IMG/VR virus record: IMGVR_UViG_3300033984_000473
Location: 1 to 64,000 of that record
Reading direction: 5' to 3' (one strand)
Length of the DNA: 64,000 nucleotides
Shown here: in pieces, positions 9,820-19,448 of the stretch
How positions within the stretch are numbered: position 1 is the first letter of the stretch
Layout: each line of letters begins with the position of its first letter
Program-made: the position numbers and the translations under genes
Notes under the pieces: model-generated
What the model was told of the DNA's origin: nothing
Seen by the model: the letters and a program-made list of their open reading frames with translations, nothing else
Database searches by the model: none

Positions 9820-10627
9820 AGCAAAAATTAATATGATAGGCGGTGGCTTCCAGCACAGCGTGTCAACCAATGATATGAACCCAAGGTTAATCGAATGGGT
9901 AAAAGATGGTTCGGCACCAATATCGATTCACATTGATAACGGACTTCACATACCAATAAATCCAAACACTAAAAATTATGGTTGGTTGTGTGAATCAAAA
10001 ACTATTATTTCATCACATTATGTGTGGTGTCAAAGAAACATTGAAACTTTAAAAAACAATTTTATTAAAGTTTTCACACATGATGTTGAGTTAGCCAGCT
10101 TATCAGATATATTCCAACTAACACAATGTAGTGCCAAATCATATTTTGCTCATGGTGAAATGTATCCAAAAACAAAACTGGTATCAATGATTGCATCAAA
10201 TAAAACTATGTGTTCTGAACACGTTTACAGACAAGAAATGATTCAAAAGTACTCAAGTAAATGTGACCACTTTGGTCGAGGATACAGACAAATAGCGAAC
10301 AAAGAAGACGGGTTGAAAGATTATTGTTTCTCTATTGTAATGGAAAACGCTACATACGCAAATATGTTTACTGAAAAGATAACCGATTGTTTGATGACTG
10401 GAACAATACCAATTTATTACGGTATTTCAAATATTGGTGATTATTTTGATATTGATGGTATAATAACGTTAGATGATAACTTTAAGATTGAAGACTTATC
10501 TTTTGAATTATATGAATCAAAAATTGAATCAGTTAAAAAAAATCTACAATTAGCTATTGATTTATTGGTTGCAGAAGATTATATTTATGAGAACTTTATT
10601 GAAATCGATAACAAAATAAATAAATAA
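9812..10627 (+). CDS. Glycosyltransferase family 10 (alpha-1,3-fucosyltransferase)-like
   Basis: VSMIASN, YCFSIVMEN, TEKITDCLMTGTIPIYYG resembles the GT10 fucosyltransferase motif. Confidence 0.78.
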   Translation: MDRAKINMIGGGFQHSVSTNDMNPRLIEWVKDGSAPISIHIDNGLHIPINPNTKNYGWLCESKTIISSHYVWCQRNIETLKNNFIKVFTHDVELASLSDIFQLTQCSAKSYFAHGEMYPKTKLVSMIASNKTMCSEHVYRQEMIQKYSSKCDHFGRGYRQIANKEDGLKDYCFSIVMENATYANMFTEKITDCLMTGTIPIYYGISNIGDYFDIDGIITLDDNFKIEDLSFELYESKIESVKKNLQLAIDLLVAEDYIYENFIEIDNKINK

Positions 10628-10633
10628 AAAAAT

Positions 10634-11236
10634 ATGTCATTTGAAATTATTACTGAATTTGAAAAATCAATAGCTGAATTTTTTGGCTCACCCTATGCTG
10701 TGGCAGTAGATAGCTGCACACATGGTATTGAATTATGTTTAAGATATACCAAAGAAACAAAAATAAGTGTACCCAAAAGAACCTATTTGTCAGTACCATT
10801 TTTAGCTGAAAAAATGAATTTAGAAAGAGAATGGCGAGATGAAGAATGGGAAGACTATTATACGCTTAACTATGGCGATAAAAGAATAATAGACGCTGCT
10901 GTTCTTTGGAAAAAAGATAGCTACATACCAAACACTTTTATGTGTCTTAGTTTTCAATATCAAAAACACCTTTCGTTAGGTAGAGGTGGTATTATTTTAT
11001 TAGATAATGAAGAAGACTTTATCACACTTAAAAAAATGTCTTATGATGGAAGATTACCAAATATACCATGGAGAGAACAAAATATCAACACTGTTGGTTT
11101 TCATTATTATATGACACCAGAAACCGCAAAGTTAGGTTTAGAAAAATTAAAATTAGCTATTGAAACTGCACCTAAAAAATGGTTGGTTACCGATTGGCCA
11201 GATTTAACAAAAATGGAAATTTTTAATAAAAAATAA
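10634..11236 (+). CDS. Compact DegT/DnrJ/EryC1/StrS PLP-dependent sugar aminotransferase
   Basis: FEKSIAEFFG…AVAVDSCTHG, IDAA, SFQYQKHL..GRGG, GFHYYM; only 200 aa. Confidence 0.82.
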   Translation: MSFEIITEFEKSIAEFFGSPYAVAVDSCTHGIELCLRYTKETKISVPKRTYLSVPFLAEKMNLEREWRDEEWEDYYTLNYGDKRIIDAAVLWKKDSYIPNTFMCLSFQYQKHLSLGRGGIILLDNEEDFITLKKMSYDGRLPNIPWREQNINTVGFHYYMTPETAKLGLEKLKLAIETAPKKWLVTDWPDLTKMEIFNKK

Positions 11237-11253
11237 AAAATAAAAAAAGAAAC

Positions 11254-12225
11254 ATGAAAAAAGCATTTATCACAGGAATCAACGGACAAGATGGTTCATA
11301 TTTAGCCGAATACTTATTAGAATTAGGTTATGAAGTACATGGAATTATAAGAAGAAATTCTAGCGTTGAATCTCAGCAAAGTAGATTTTCTGATGAAGTT
11401 AGAAATAAAGTTAACATTCATTATGGTGACTTATTAGACCAAGGTGGTTTAGAAAAATTACTAGACCAAATCCAACCAGATGAAATTTATAACCTAGCTG
11501 CTCAAAGCCATGTAAGGATTAGCTTTGATATTCCACAATTTACGGTACAAACAAACGCAATAGGTATTCTAAATATTCTCGAAGCGTACAGACGTGCATG
11601 CCCAACAGCTAGATTCTACCAAGCTAGTTCTTCAGAAATGTTTGGTAACTCGGTAGATGCCGATGGATTCCAAAGAGAAACAACGCAAATGACACCAGTT
11701 AGCCCTTACGGATGTTCTAAGGTATTTGGATATAACATTACTAGAAACTATCGTAATGCTTATAAATTACACACATGTAATGGAATCCTATTCAACCATG
11801 AATCACCAAGAAGAGCTTCAAATTTTGTAACCAACAAAGTTGTTAAGACCGCTGTTGAAATCAAATTAGGTTTAACAGATAAATTGGTTCTAGGCAATAT
11901 GGATTCATACAGAGATTGGGGCCATTCTAAGGACTATGTTAAAGCTATGCACCTAATTATTAACCATGATACCCCAGATGATTTTGTTGTGTCTACAATG
12001 ACCACACATTCAGTTAGAGAAATGGTTGAATATGTGTTTAAAAAATTAGACTTAGATTACACACAATATGTTTCACAAGATGCCAAATTTCTTAGAGCTG
12101 AAGAATTAAAATATTTGAAAGGTGACTCAACTAAAATTAGAGAAACATTAGGTTGGAAACCAGAATACACGTTTGAAACCTTGATGGATGATATGATTGA
12201 GGGTTGGTTAGAAAAATTAACATAA
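11254..12225 (+). CDS. gmd: GDP-mannose 4,6-dehydratase
   Basis: ITGINGQDGSYLAEYLL, YNLAAQSHV, QASSSEMFG, SPYGCSK, LFNHESPRR, RDWGH. Confidence 0.97.
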   Translation: MKKAFITGINGQDGSYLAEYLLELGYEVHGIIRRNSSVESQQSRFSDEVRNKVNIHYGDLLDQGGLEKLLDQIQPDEIYNLAAQSHVRISFDIPQFTVQTNAIGILNILEAYRRACPTARFYQASSSEMFGNSVDADGFQRETTQMTPVSPYGCSKVFGYNITRNYRNAYKLHTCNGILFNHESPRRASNFVTNKVVKTAVEIKLGLTDKLVLGNMDSYRDWGHSKDYVKAMHLIINHDTPDDFVVSTMTTHSVREMVEYVFKKLDLDYTQYVSQDAKFLRAEELKYLKGDSTKIRETLGWKPEYTFETLMDDMIEGWLEKLT

Positions 12226-12234
12226 AATAATTAA

Positions 12235-12262
12235 AATATCCTAGCGTTTGCGTTAGGATATT
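12235..12262 (+). terminator. Stem-loop after gmd; its 3' arm contains the ATATTTAT promoter motif of phoH
   Basis: AATATCCTAGCG-TTTG-CGTTAGGATATT inverted repeat. Confidence 0.5.
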
Positions 12263-12266
12263 TATA
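12257..12266 (+). promoter_or_regulatory. Putative phage late promoter (GATATTTATA)
   Basis: Motif recurs on the sense strand upstream of about 20 genes in the window. Confidence 0.6.
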
Positions 12267-12290
12267 TTTATAATAAAACCTATTAAGCCT

Positions 12291-13148
12291 ATGCCTAGAA
12301 AAGTTTCAACCACGACAAAAACTCCAGCTGTAAGAACACCTAGAGTTAAGAAAGAAACTACGGCTGCCACATCGCAGCAAAAACCAAGTGTTGATTTATT
12401 ATCCTTGATTAAAATCGACCTAAAGCATAAAAACGAAGTACAAAAAAAATTGACACAAGCCATTAAAACTGGTGATGTAACAATTTGTACGGGACCAGCT
12501 GGAACTGGTAAAACACTTCTTAGTGTTGCCGAAGCTTTGCTACTTTTGAAAGCTCATCCAGACAAATATCATGAAATAAAATTAGTAAAATCTATTGTTC
12601 AACTTAAAGACGAAGATTTAGGAACGTTGCCTGGTGATGAAAAAGATAAATTGAAATTTATCATGATGTCATTCTTTGATGCTTTCTATAAATTAATCGG
12701 TGAAGAAACAACAAACAGATTACTAGATGCTGGCTATATCAAAATGGAAGTATTTGGTTCTATTCGTGGTAGGTCTTTATCTAACTGTATTATTTTATTT
12801 GATGAGTTCCAAAACGTTACCGATAACAATGGTAAAACACTTTTAACTAGGTTTTCTGAAAATACTAAAGTTATCGCTTTGGGTGATAGCAACCAAGTAG
12901 ATTTAAAAACACCAGAAAGTAGTTGTTTATTTGAGTTGGTTCGTATGGCTAAGTTACACCCAGAAGAAGGTGTAAATGTTGTCGAATTTACTGAAGATGA
13001 AGTTGTTAGACATAGACTTACAAAATACTTTATTCAAATCTTTGAACATAAAGACTACAAGAAAAAACCAAATATCGATAGGGTTAAAAAAATAGAACCG
13101 ATTATCAAAAAATCTTTTTTTACTAGATTTTTAGAATTATTTAGCTAA
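12291..13148 (+). CDS. phoH: PhoH-like ATPase
   Basis: GPAGTGKT, LGTLPG, RGRSL, DEFQN, LGDSNQVDL, VVRH. Confidence 0.93.
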   Translation: MPRKVSTTTKTPAVRTPRVKKETTAATSQQKPSVDLLSLIKIDLKHKNEVQKKLTQAIKTGDVTICTGPAGTGKTLLSVAEALLLLKAHPDKYHEIKLVKSIVQLKDEDLGTLPGDEKDKLKFIMMSFFDAFYKLIGEETTNRLLDAGYIKMEVFGSIRGRSLSNCIILFDEFQNVTDNNGKTLLTRFSENTKVIALGDSNQVDLKTPESSCLFELVRMAKLHPEEGVNVVEFTEDEVVRHRLTKYFIQIFEHKDYKKKPNIDRVKKIEPIIKKSFFTRFLELFS

Positions 13149-13198
13149 AAATCTAATTTTTACTTTACTTATTCGAAATTAATCGTTAGATTGGTGTC

Positions 13199-13801
13199 AT
13201 GAAAATAGGAATAAGTATTAACGAGGTTTTACGAGATTTTATTGGTCAATTGGCTTACACTTACGATAAATATATCGGGGAAACTGATATCACTGAAGGA
13301 GATGTAACCAATTTTAATTTAATTGAGTTCTTTAAGTTTGATGACATCAACAAACTTAACACGTTTCTTTATTTAGAAGCCCCTCTAGAGATTTTCGGCC
13401 ATGCCGACCAGATGTCAGATGGTTTGATGAACCATTTCAATAACTTCATCATGGATATGAATGACGATGGCGACCACGAGATTGAACTTGTAAGTCGTGA
13501 AATCGATAAAAGCATCCCATCAACTTACTTCTTTTTATCTAAAACTAGTTGCAGAATCGATAAGGTTAGATTCGTCAAACAATACCCACAAGAATGGGAT
13601 GGTGTTGACGTACTTATTACTGCCAACCCTTTTGCTTTAGAAAACAAACCTTCTGGTAAAATTAGTGTTAAGGTAAAAGCATCTTACAATACTGATACAC
13701 CAGCTGATTATGAAATTGACTCTATACTAGATTTCATTAACGATGAAGAATTAAGAACTAGAATATTAACAACAACCATAACAACTTACGAAGAAATTTA
13801 A
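13199..13801 (+). CDS. HAD/5'(3')-deoxyribonucleotidase-like protein with a degenerate motif I
   Basis: MKIGISINEVLRDF (cf. GIDIDGVL.D), C-terminal YN; first Asp absent. Confidence 0.5.
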   Translation: MKIGISINEVLRDFIGQLAYTYDKYIGETDITEGDVTNFNLIEFFKFDDINKLNTFLYLEAPLEIFGHADQMSDGLMNHFNNFIMDMNDDGDHEIELVSREIDKSIPSTYFFLSKTSCRIDKVRFVKQYPQEWDGVDVLITANPFALENKPSGKISVKVKASYNTDTPADYEIDSILDFINDEELRTRILTTTITTYEEI

Positions 13802-13806
13802 AAATT

Positions 13807-14166
13807 ATGATAGCATTCGGTGGAACAGTCTATGTATTAGACATGGACAAATTAACAAAAGCTGTATCAAGTGATGATACAAATGCATCTTCAGAAACTG
13901 TTGATACTGTAACTAAGGTTTACTTAGATGCCAATGGTGCCGAAAGTGCAAGTGAAGTTTTAAGCACTGTACGTGAAAGAGGTAGAGAAATTGACAGTAT
14001 AAAATATGATTTAATGCGAACACTAATTGAAGTCTTATTAGATGGAAATGAAGAAGCGGATGAATCGTTAGGTGTTGACAGAGCTTTAGACTCTGCTCCG
14101 CTATCATTTAAAATAGCCTTTAATACTTTACTTCAGTATGGTATTTTAAAAGAAATAGAAGAATAA
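13807..14166 (+). CDS. Hypothetical protein
   Basis: 119-aa ORF in operon. Confidence 0.7.
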   Translation: MIAFGGTVYVLDMDKLTKAVSSDDTNASSETVDTVTKVYLDANGAESASEVLSTVRERGREIDSIKYDLMRTLIEVLLDGNEEADESLGVDRALDSAPLSFKIAFNTLLQYGILKEIEE

Positions 14167-14189
14167 TAACCCAAAAACAAAAAAACAAA

Positions 14190-15338
14190 ATGGAAGAACA
14201 AAAAAACCAACTTGACGAACAAATTAAACAAGTTACGTCTGTTATCGAAAATTTAGAGAAGAAAGATTTTACTCTATATTTTTTCACATTGGATACGAAA
14301 GGTAATCCAACAGCTGGAATTGCTAATATCTACGAACATGTTAAAGTACTTAACGAATTAGGGTATAGAGCAACAATCCTTCACGAAAAAAACGAATATA
14401 AAATCAAAGGTGATGAAAACGGAAACGGTGCTGCCGATTGGTTAGGTGATGAATACGCTTTATTACCACACATCTCAATCGAAGCTCAAACCCTTAATAT
14501 CGGACCAGCTGATTTTATTATCATCCCAGAGATTTTCTCTAATATTATGGACCAAGTAAAAGGATTCCCATGTAAAAAAATTGTATTATCACAAAGCTAT
14601 GATTATCTATTGGAATTATTACCAATTGGTAAAAGATGGAACACAGATTATGGTTTCCACGATGTAATCACAACTAGCGAAAAACAAGCAACATATTTGA
14701 GAAATTTATTCCCATCTATCAACACTCACATCGTACCAGTAGCTATTCCAAGTTATTTTAAAGATAGTGACAAACCTAAAACACCAATCGTTGCAGTGCA
14801 TACTAGAAATTCTGGTGATGCCGCTAAGATTGCTAAATCATTCTATTTACAGTATCCAGTTTATAAATGGATTACGTTCAAAGAATTAAGAGGATTGTCT
14901 AGACCAGACTTTGCAACTCAATTAGGTAAAGCATGTGTCGCTGTTTGGATTGATGATACCGCTGGATTCGGAACATTCCCATTAGAAGCTATTGAGTCAA
15001 ATACAGCAGTTATCGGTAAAATGCCAAATCTTATTCCAGAATGGATGGAAACATCAGATGAAGAAGGAAACATGGTCATAAAAAATAACGGTGTTTGGAC
15101 TAACACCACGATGAATATCCCAGAATTAATCGCTACTTACTTAAAAGTATGGTTAGAAGATGCGGTTCCTTCAGATTTAACAGAAGGTATCAAAGCAAGT
15201 CAAGGATTATATACTTCTGAAAAACAACGTGAAGCTATGACTAATGTTTACGGTGGTTTATTAACAAATAGAATTGCAGAACTTAATAACACTTTAGATA
15301 CTTTAGAAAAATCTAAACTAACAACTAACGCTCAATAA
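14190..15338 (+). CDS. GT-B fold glycosyltransferase-like protein
   Basis: AGIANIYEHVKVLNELGY, DFIIIPE, GFGTFPLEA (GT4-like signature). Confidence 0.7.
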   Translation: MEEQKNQLDEQIKQVTSVIENLEKKDFTLYFFTLDTKGNPTAGIANIYEHVKVLNELGYRATILHEKNEYKIKGDENGNGAADWLGDEYALLPHISIEAQTLNIGPADFIIIPEIFSNIMDQVKGFPCKKIVLSQSYDYLLELLPIGKRWNTDYGFHDVITTSEKQATYLRNLFPSINTHIVPVAIPSYFKDSDKPKTPIVAVHTRNSGDAAKIAKSFYLQYPVYKWITFKELRGLSRPDFATQLGKACVAVWIDDTAGFGTFPLEAIESNTAVIGKMPNLIPEWMETSDEEGNMVIKNNGVWTNTTMNIPELIATYLKVWLEDAVPSDLTEGIKASQGLYTSEKQREAMTNVYGGLLTNRIAELNNTLDTLEKSKLTTNAQ

Positions 15339-15349
15339 AAAAACACAAA

Positions 15350-16147
15350 ATGGAAAAAACAAATATTTCAGTAATACTTCCAGTTCATGAATTGAACGAA
15401 GTAACAAAACCAATGTTCGATAACGCTGTAACCAGTATCAAAGAACAATCAGTAAGACCAGATGCTTTAATCATCGTTGTACCTAAAGGTAGTGAAGTTG
15501 CAAATTACATCAAAGGTTTAGATTTTGGTGACTATAAAGATTCAATCACTATTGCTGAAAACGAAGGTGAGACAGATTTTGCTTCACAAATCAATTATGG
15601 TGTTTCTGTTACCAAAACAGAATGGTTCAGTATCTTAGAATTCGATGATGAATTTGCTAAGATTTGGATTAAAAATGCTGTTGAATACAAAAAAGCACAC
15701 GCTAACGTTGAATTGTTTATGCCAATCATTATCGATGTAGATGCAATTGGAAATTTTATAGGATTCACAAACGAAGCAGTTTGGGCCAATAGTTTCTCTG
15801 ACGAATTAGGTATCTTAGACAACACAGCATTATTAGCTTATCAAAACTTTAATATTGATGGTATGGTAATTAAAAAATCAGTTTATGATGAATTTGGTGG
15901 GTTTAAACCTAGTATCAAATTAACATTCATTTATGAATTTTTACTACGTATGACATTCAAAGATGTTAAGGTTATGGTTATTCCTAGATTTGGATATAAA
16001 CATGTCAATCAAAGACAAGATTCATTGTTCTCAAACTACAAAGAAACACTTAACCCTGTAGAGGCTAGATGGTGGTTAGCAACAGCAAAAAGAGAATACT
16101 ATTTTCCAAATGATAGAAAAATAACGTATGAATCACAGAATGCGTAA
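15350..16147 (+). CDS. Glycosyltransferase family 2-like
   Basis: ISVILPVH, QINYGV, ILEFDDE, GGF, YEFLLR. Confidence 0.8.
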   Translation: MEKTNISVILPVHELNEVTKPMFDNAVTSIKEQSVRPDALIIVVPKGSEVANYIKGLDFGDYKDSITIAENEGETDFASQINYGVSVTKTEWFSILEFDDEFAKIWIKNAVEYKKAHANVELFMPIIIDVDAIGNFIGFTNEAVWANSFSDELGILDNTALLAYQNFNIDGMVIKKSVYDEFGGFKPSIKLTFIYEFLLRMTFKDVKVMVIPRFGYKHVNQRQDSLFSNYKETLNPVEARWWLATAKREYYFPNDRKITYESQNA

Positions 16148-16876
16148 ATGATTGCTAAACGAGGACGAAAAAGAACAAATGATATGTATTTTGGTCCAGA
16201 AGAAGAAGAAGCAGTTGTAAAATTCTTAGAATCAGAAAATGAAACTGAAAGAAACTTAATCTTTAATGAGTGGCTCAAAGCCCCCTTAGATAAGATGATA
16301 GAATCGATAATCAGACGATATAAATTATATAGAAAGGGTGAAACTTTTGAAGAACTTCATGGTGACACCGTTTCTTTTCTGATGACAAAGGTACATAAAT
16401 TTGAAACTGGTCGAGGCAAAAAAGCCTATTCCTATTTCGGAACAATAGCAAAAAATTATATTCTAGGTCTTTTAATTAAAGATGAAAAATACATGAAGCA
16501 AACAGCCTGTTATGAGGATATGGCTCAAAGTATTGAAGAACGTGATGACCTAGTATATGTTATTGATGGTGATGGTTTTATGATGGAAGAATTCATTAAA
16601 AAATTATCAGATGGTATCAAAGAAGAATTAAACGATGAAAATCATATCCCTAAAAAACGATTAAATGATAATGAGAAAAAAGTAGGTTTTGCTTTGATTG
16701 AAATTTTAGAAAATTGGGAAACAGCATTCGAATCTATGGATGGTGGTTCAAAATATAATAAGAACTCTGTCTTAGAAACCATGCGTAATTACACTAACTT
16801 ATCAACTAAAGATATTAGATTAGCCATGAAACGTTATAAAGAGCTATATGAGCTTTTAAAACAACATGGATTATAG
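16148..16876 (+). CDS. T4 gp55-like late-transcription sigma factor
   Basis: Sigma region-2-like LDKMIESIIRRY…KVHKFETGRGKKAYSYFGTIAKNY; next to structural genes. Confidence 0.72.
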   Translation: MIAKRGRKRTNDMYFGPEEEEAVVKFLESENETERNLIFNEWLKAPLDKMIESIIRRYKLYRKGETFEELHGDTVSFLMTKVHKFETGRGKKAYSYFGTIAKNYILGLLIKDEKYMKQTACYEDMAQSIEERDDLVYVIDGDGFMMEEFIKKLSDGIKEELNDENHIPKKRLNDNEKKVGFALIEILENWETAFESMDGGSKYNKNSVLETMRNYTNLSTKDIRLAMKRYKELYELLKQHGL

Positions 16877-16903
16877 AAAAATTGTAATAAAACCTTATCA
16901 ATA

Positions 16904-16913
16904 GGTATTTATA
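16904..16913 (+). promoter_or_regulatory. Putative late promoter (GGTATTTATA) for the 16.9-20.5 kb operon
   Basis: Matches the recurring TATTTAT motif, ~30 nt before ATG 16943. Confidence 0.55.
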
Positions 16914-16942
16914 GTAAATAACATTTAATAAAAACTATTAAA

Positions 16943-17332
16943 ATGCCAAGAAAAAGAAAACAAGACGTAAAAGTAAACAATACAGAATCCTTAGAAGGAC
17001 TTATGCAAGAAACTTATAATGATGCATGTTTACAAATAAATGATGCTCAAAAAGTTATTAATGAATTATCTACTGGTGTTACACCAGTGGACGTGGACGA
17101 ACATACTAAGATTGCCAAAGAAAAAGGTGGTCTTTTAAAAATTAAAGATTCTGCTATTAGACTTAAATTAGAGTTAGCTAAACTTCAAAGCGATATTATT
17201 AAAAGCCGTGGAGATGTTGAAACTGCTATTACTCAAAGAAGTAACGGTTCAGCTTCTCTTAGTGATTTTAAATCAATTAGAGAAATGTTAAAAAACGATA
17301 AGCAAAACGGGATAGAAAGCGAAGAAGAATAA
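16943..17332 (+). CDS. Hypothetical coiled-coil protein
   Basis: 129-aa helical ORF. Confidence 0.7.
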   Translation: MPRKRKQDVKVNNTESLEGLMQETYNDACLQINDAQKVINELSTGVTPVDVDEHTKIAKEKGGLLKIKDSAIRLKLELAKLQSDIIKSRGDVETAITQRSNGSASLSDFKSIREMLKNDKQNGIESEEE

Positions 17333-17334
17333 GT

Positions 17335-18774
17335 ATGTCAATAGTATCAAAAAAGAAACAAATTTTTGGGAAGATAGCTGCTGCTAGAACTTTAACCGAA
17401 GGCATGCCTAAGTTAAAACTAGGCTCTTCATTCCCATCAATTAACAATGCTGGAGACAGTATTACTTTTTTAACCGACCTAATCAAATCTTTGATTGGGT
17501 ATGACGCTTTAATTAAGAGCGTTGTAGACATCTTAACACATTCGATAGATGATATTGAGGTAGCGGTAAAACAAGCCCTTAAAATCGATTTAAAAAGCAT
17601 AGTTAGTTGCGGTATTGACCCTAGCTTACCTTCTTTTTTGAAACAACCAAGTGGTGCTGGTATTGTTATTGAACTTAAAAAGATAGATTTTGTTGATTTG
17701 ATGAAAACAGACCCAAATAGTGATTCTGGTAAATTGTTATTCAACAACATCACATCACCATTAACCAACTCTACTGATTTTAATACTTTTCTAGCTGGTG
17801 TAATCCAAGATGATGGAAATTTTAATACATGGAAAGACCACAATGGTGTTGGTATGTTAGATATAAAATTTGTTTCTAAGGATTTAAGTGGTATTAACCC
17901 AAATAATTCTTTGACGATATTGGCTAACCCAAACTATAACTCAAAAACGCTAAACGACTTAAACAATAATTACATTGACAGTCTTAAATTATTTGACACT
18001 AAACACTTGGTTAACAATATAATAGATTCAATATTTGGTTCAATTTCTACAAATTTGAAAAAAACTGTAAAACAACTAGATTTTGAAGGTCAAATAAATT
18101 CCGTTGTTGGTAAGATGATTAGCTCTGACGCTGGTAACACAGTAAACAATGACCCATTCAAAATGGCCAAAGGAGAGTTGTCTAAGATTCAAAGTGCTGC
18201 TAACGATAAACAAAAAGGTTTAACTAAACTAAGCACATCAACCAAATTTGACGCAAAAGTCCCTCAAGGCATGTTAACAACATTTAACAGTGCAATGGAT
18301 GGTGCCAGTTCACTTCAAGGTAAAAAAGATGCGTTGACTCAACATTTGAATTTTATGTCAACTAAATCTGCGTTAAATGCTAAGAACCCTATTGATGTAC
18401 CAGCGATAAAGTTAAATTTTATACAAGAAATAATAAACAACTTAATAAAATCAATTGTTGGTGTAATATTGTCACCAAAGGTTATTATGATTTTTGTGAT
18501 TAATTTTAAAATTGTTTATGGCCCTACTGCTGATTTCGGAAGCGGTGTTGATTTCATTAAGAAAAATAAACAACTAATCAATAGAATCATAAAAAAAATA
18601 ACGACTATGATAATTCAATACTTATTAAAAATAGCGTTGAAACGAATAGCTGAATTGGTAGGTCAAGCTCAAATCAAAAAAGAAATTGATAAGCAAAAAA
18701 ATAAAATAATACAATTGTTAAGTCTTACTGGTGTACCGCCAGAAGCACTTAGGATAATAAAAGGTTTAGGATAA
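17335..18774 (+). CDS. Hypothetical protein, probably virion/baseplate-associated
   Basis: 479-aa ORF in the operon leading to the spike gene. Confidence 0.6.
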   Translation: MSIVSKKKQIFGKIAAARTLTEGMPKLKLGSSFPSINNAGDSITFLTDLIKSLIGYDALIKSVVDILTHSIDDIEVAVKQALKIDLKSIVSCGIDPSLPSFLKQPSGAGIVIELKKIDFVDLMKTDPNSDSGKLLFNNITSPLTNSTDFNTFLAGVIQDDGNFNTWKDHNGVGMLDIKFVSKDLSGINPNNSLTILANPNYNSKTLNDLNNNYIDSLKLFDTKHLVNNIIDSIFGSISTNLKKTVKQLDFEGQINSVVGKMISSDAGNTVNNDPFKMAKGELSKIQSAANDKQKGLTKLSTSTKFDAKVPQGMLTTFNSAMDGASSLQGKKDALTQHLNFMSTKSALNAKNPIDVPAIKLNFIQEIINNLIKSIVGVILSPKVIMIFVINFKIVYGPTADFGSGVDFIKKNKQLINRIIKKITTMIIQYLLKIALKRIAELVGQAQIKKEIDKQKNKIIQLLSLTGVPPEALRIIKGLG

Positions 18775-19256
18775 TGGATAGTTGTAACGTAGATAAAAAT
18801 GATGATAATGCAACCAGCGGCTCTGGTAGTGTTGGTAGCAACGGTACTAATGGGTTTAACCTAGGTAGTATTAGTGGTGTTTTGAATTTAATATTATCAG
18901 CTTTTGCAATCCCAGAAGTTCCAGTGTTGCCTTTACCACCACCATTGATTATGATTGGTAGTAATTTAAGACCTGGTATTTCAGCACAAGCTATTGCTTC
19001 TAGAATTATTTCTAGACAATCAGAAGCTGGTCGACAAGTTGGTGATGTTTTTGCCGATGGACCAAATAATGAAGAAGCCATGGAAGCGATTAGAGTTGAA
19101 GAAATAGTAAACTCTTTATTAACTGAAATGGTTGTAAATGTGGTTATTCCGCCTGGTATTGCTGTGGCAACTGTAGGTGCTGGTAATCTTGGTGCTCCCG
19201 TTGTATCAATGGGTGCGACAACTACAATGGGTATTGGTAACGGTATCCCAAGATAA
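18774..19256 (+). CDS. Hypothetical protein, probably structural
   Basis: Gly/Pro/Val-rich 160-aa ORF coupled by TAATG. Confidence 0.6.
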   Translation: MDSCNVDKNDDNATSGSGSVGSNGTNGFNLGSISGVLNLILSAFAIPEVPVLPLPPPLIMIGSNLRPGISAQAIASRIISRQSEAGRQVGDVFADGPNNEEAMEAIRVEEIVNSLLTEMVVNVVIPPGIAVATVGAGNLGAPVVSMGATTTMGIGNGIPR

Positions 19257-19267
19257 AAATAGAAAAT

Positions 19268-19447
19268 ATGAATGAAGACTTAGAAGATAAATCAAACAAT
19301 GAGATTCTATTTGAAATAAAACAAATGGAAGCTGACCATGAAGCAATCAAAATGAAAATGCTTAAAGACTACGATAAAATGGTTGAATTAGAAAAAAGAT
19401 TTGACGTAGCTAATAAAATAATATTAAAAAGATTAAAAGGGGAATAA
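19268..19447 (+). CDS. Small coiled-coil protein (59 aa, not in the ORF track): MNEDLEDKSNNEILFEIKQMEADHEAIKMKMLKDYDKMVELEKRFDVANKIILKRLKGE
   Basis: ATG 19268 to TAA 19447 fills the gap between neighbouring genes. Confidence 0.7.
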   Translation: MNEDLEDKSNNEILFEIKQMEADHEAIKMKMLKDYDKMVELEKRFDVANKIILKRLKGE

Positions 19448-19448
19448 T

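Noticed and set aside
2061-12225. Bacterial O-antigen or capsule locus (host contamination or chimera)
   Set aside because: Continuous and translationally coupled with phage genes, and lacks wzx/wzy/ABC export genes
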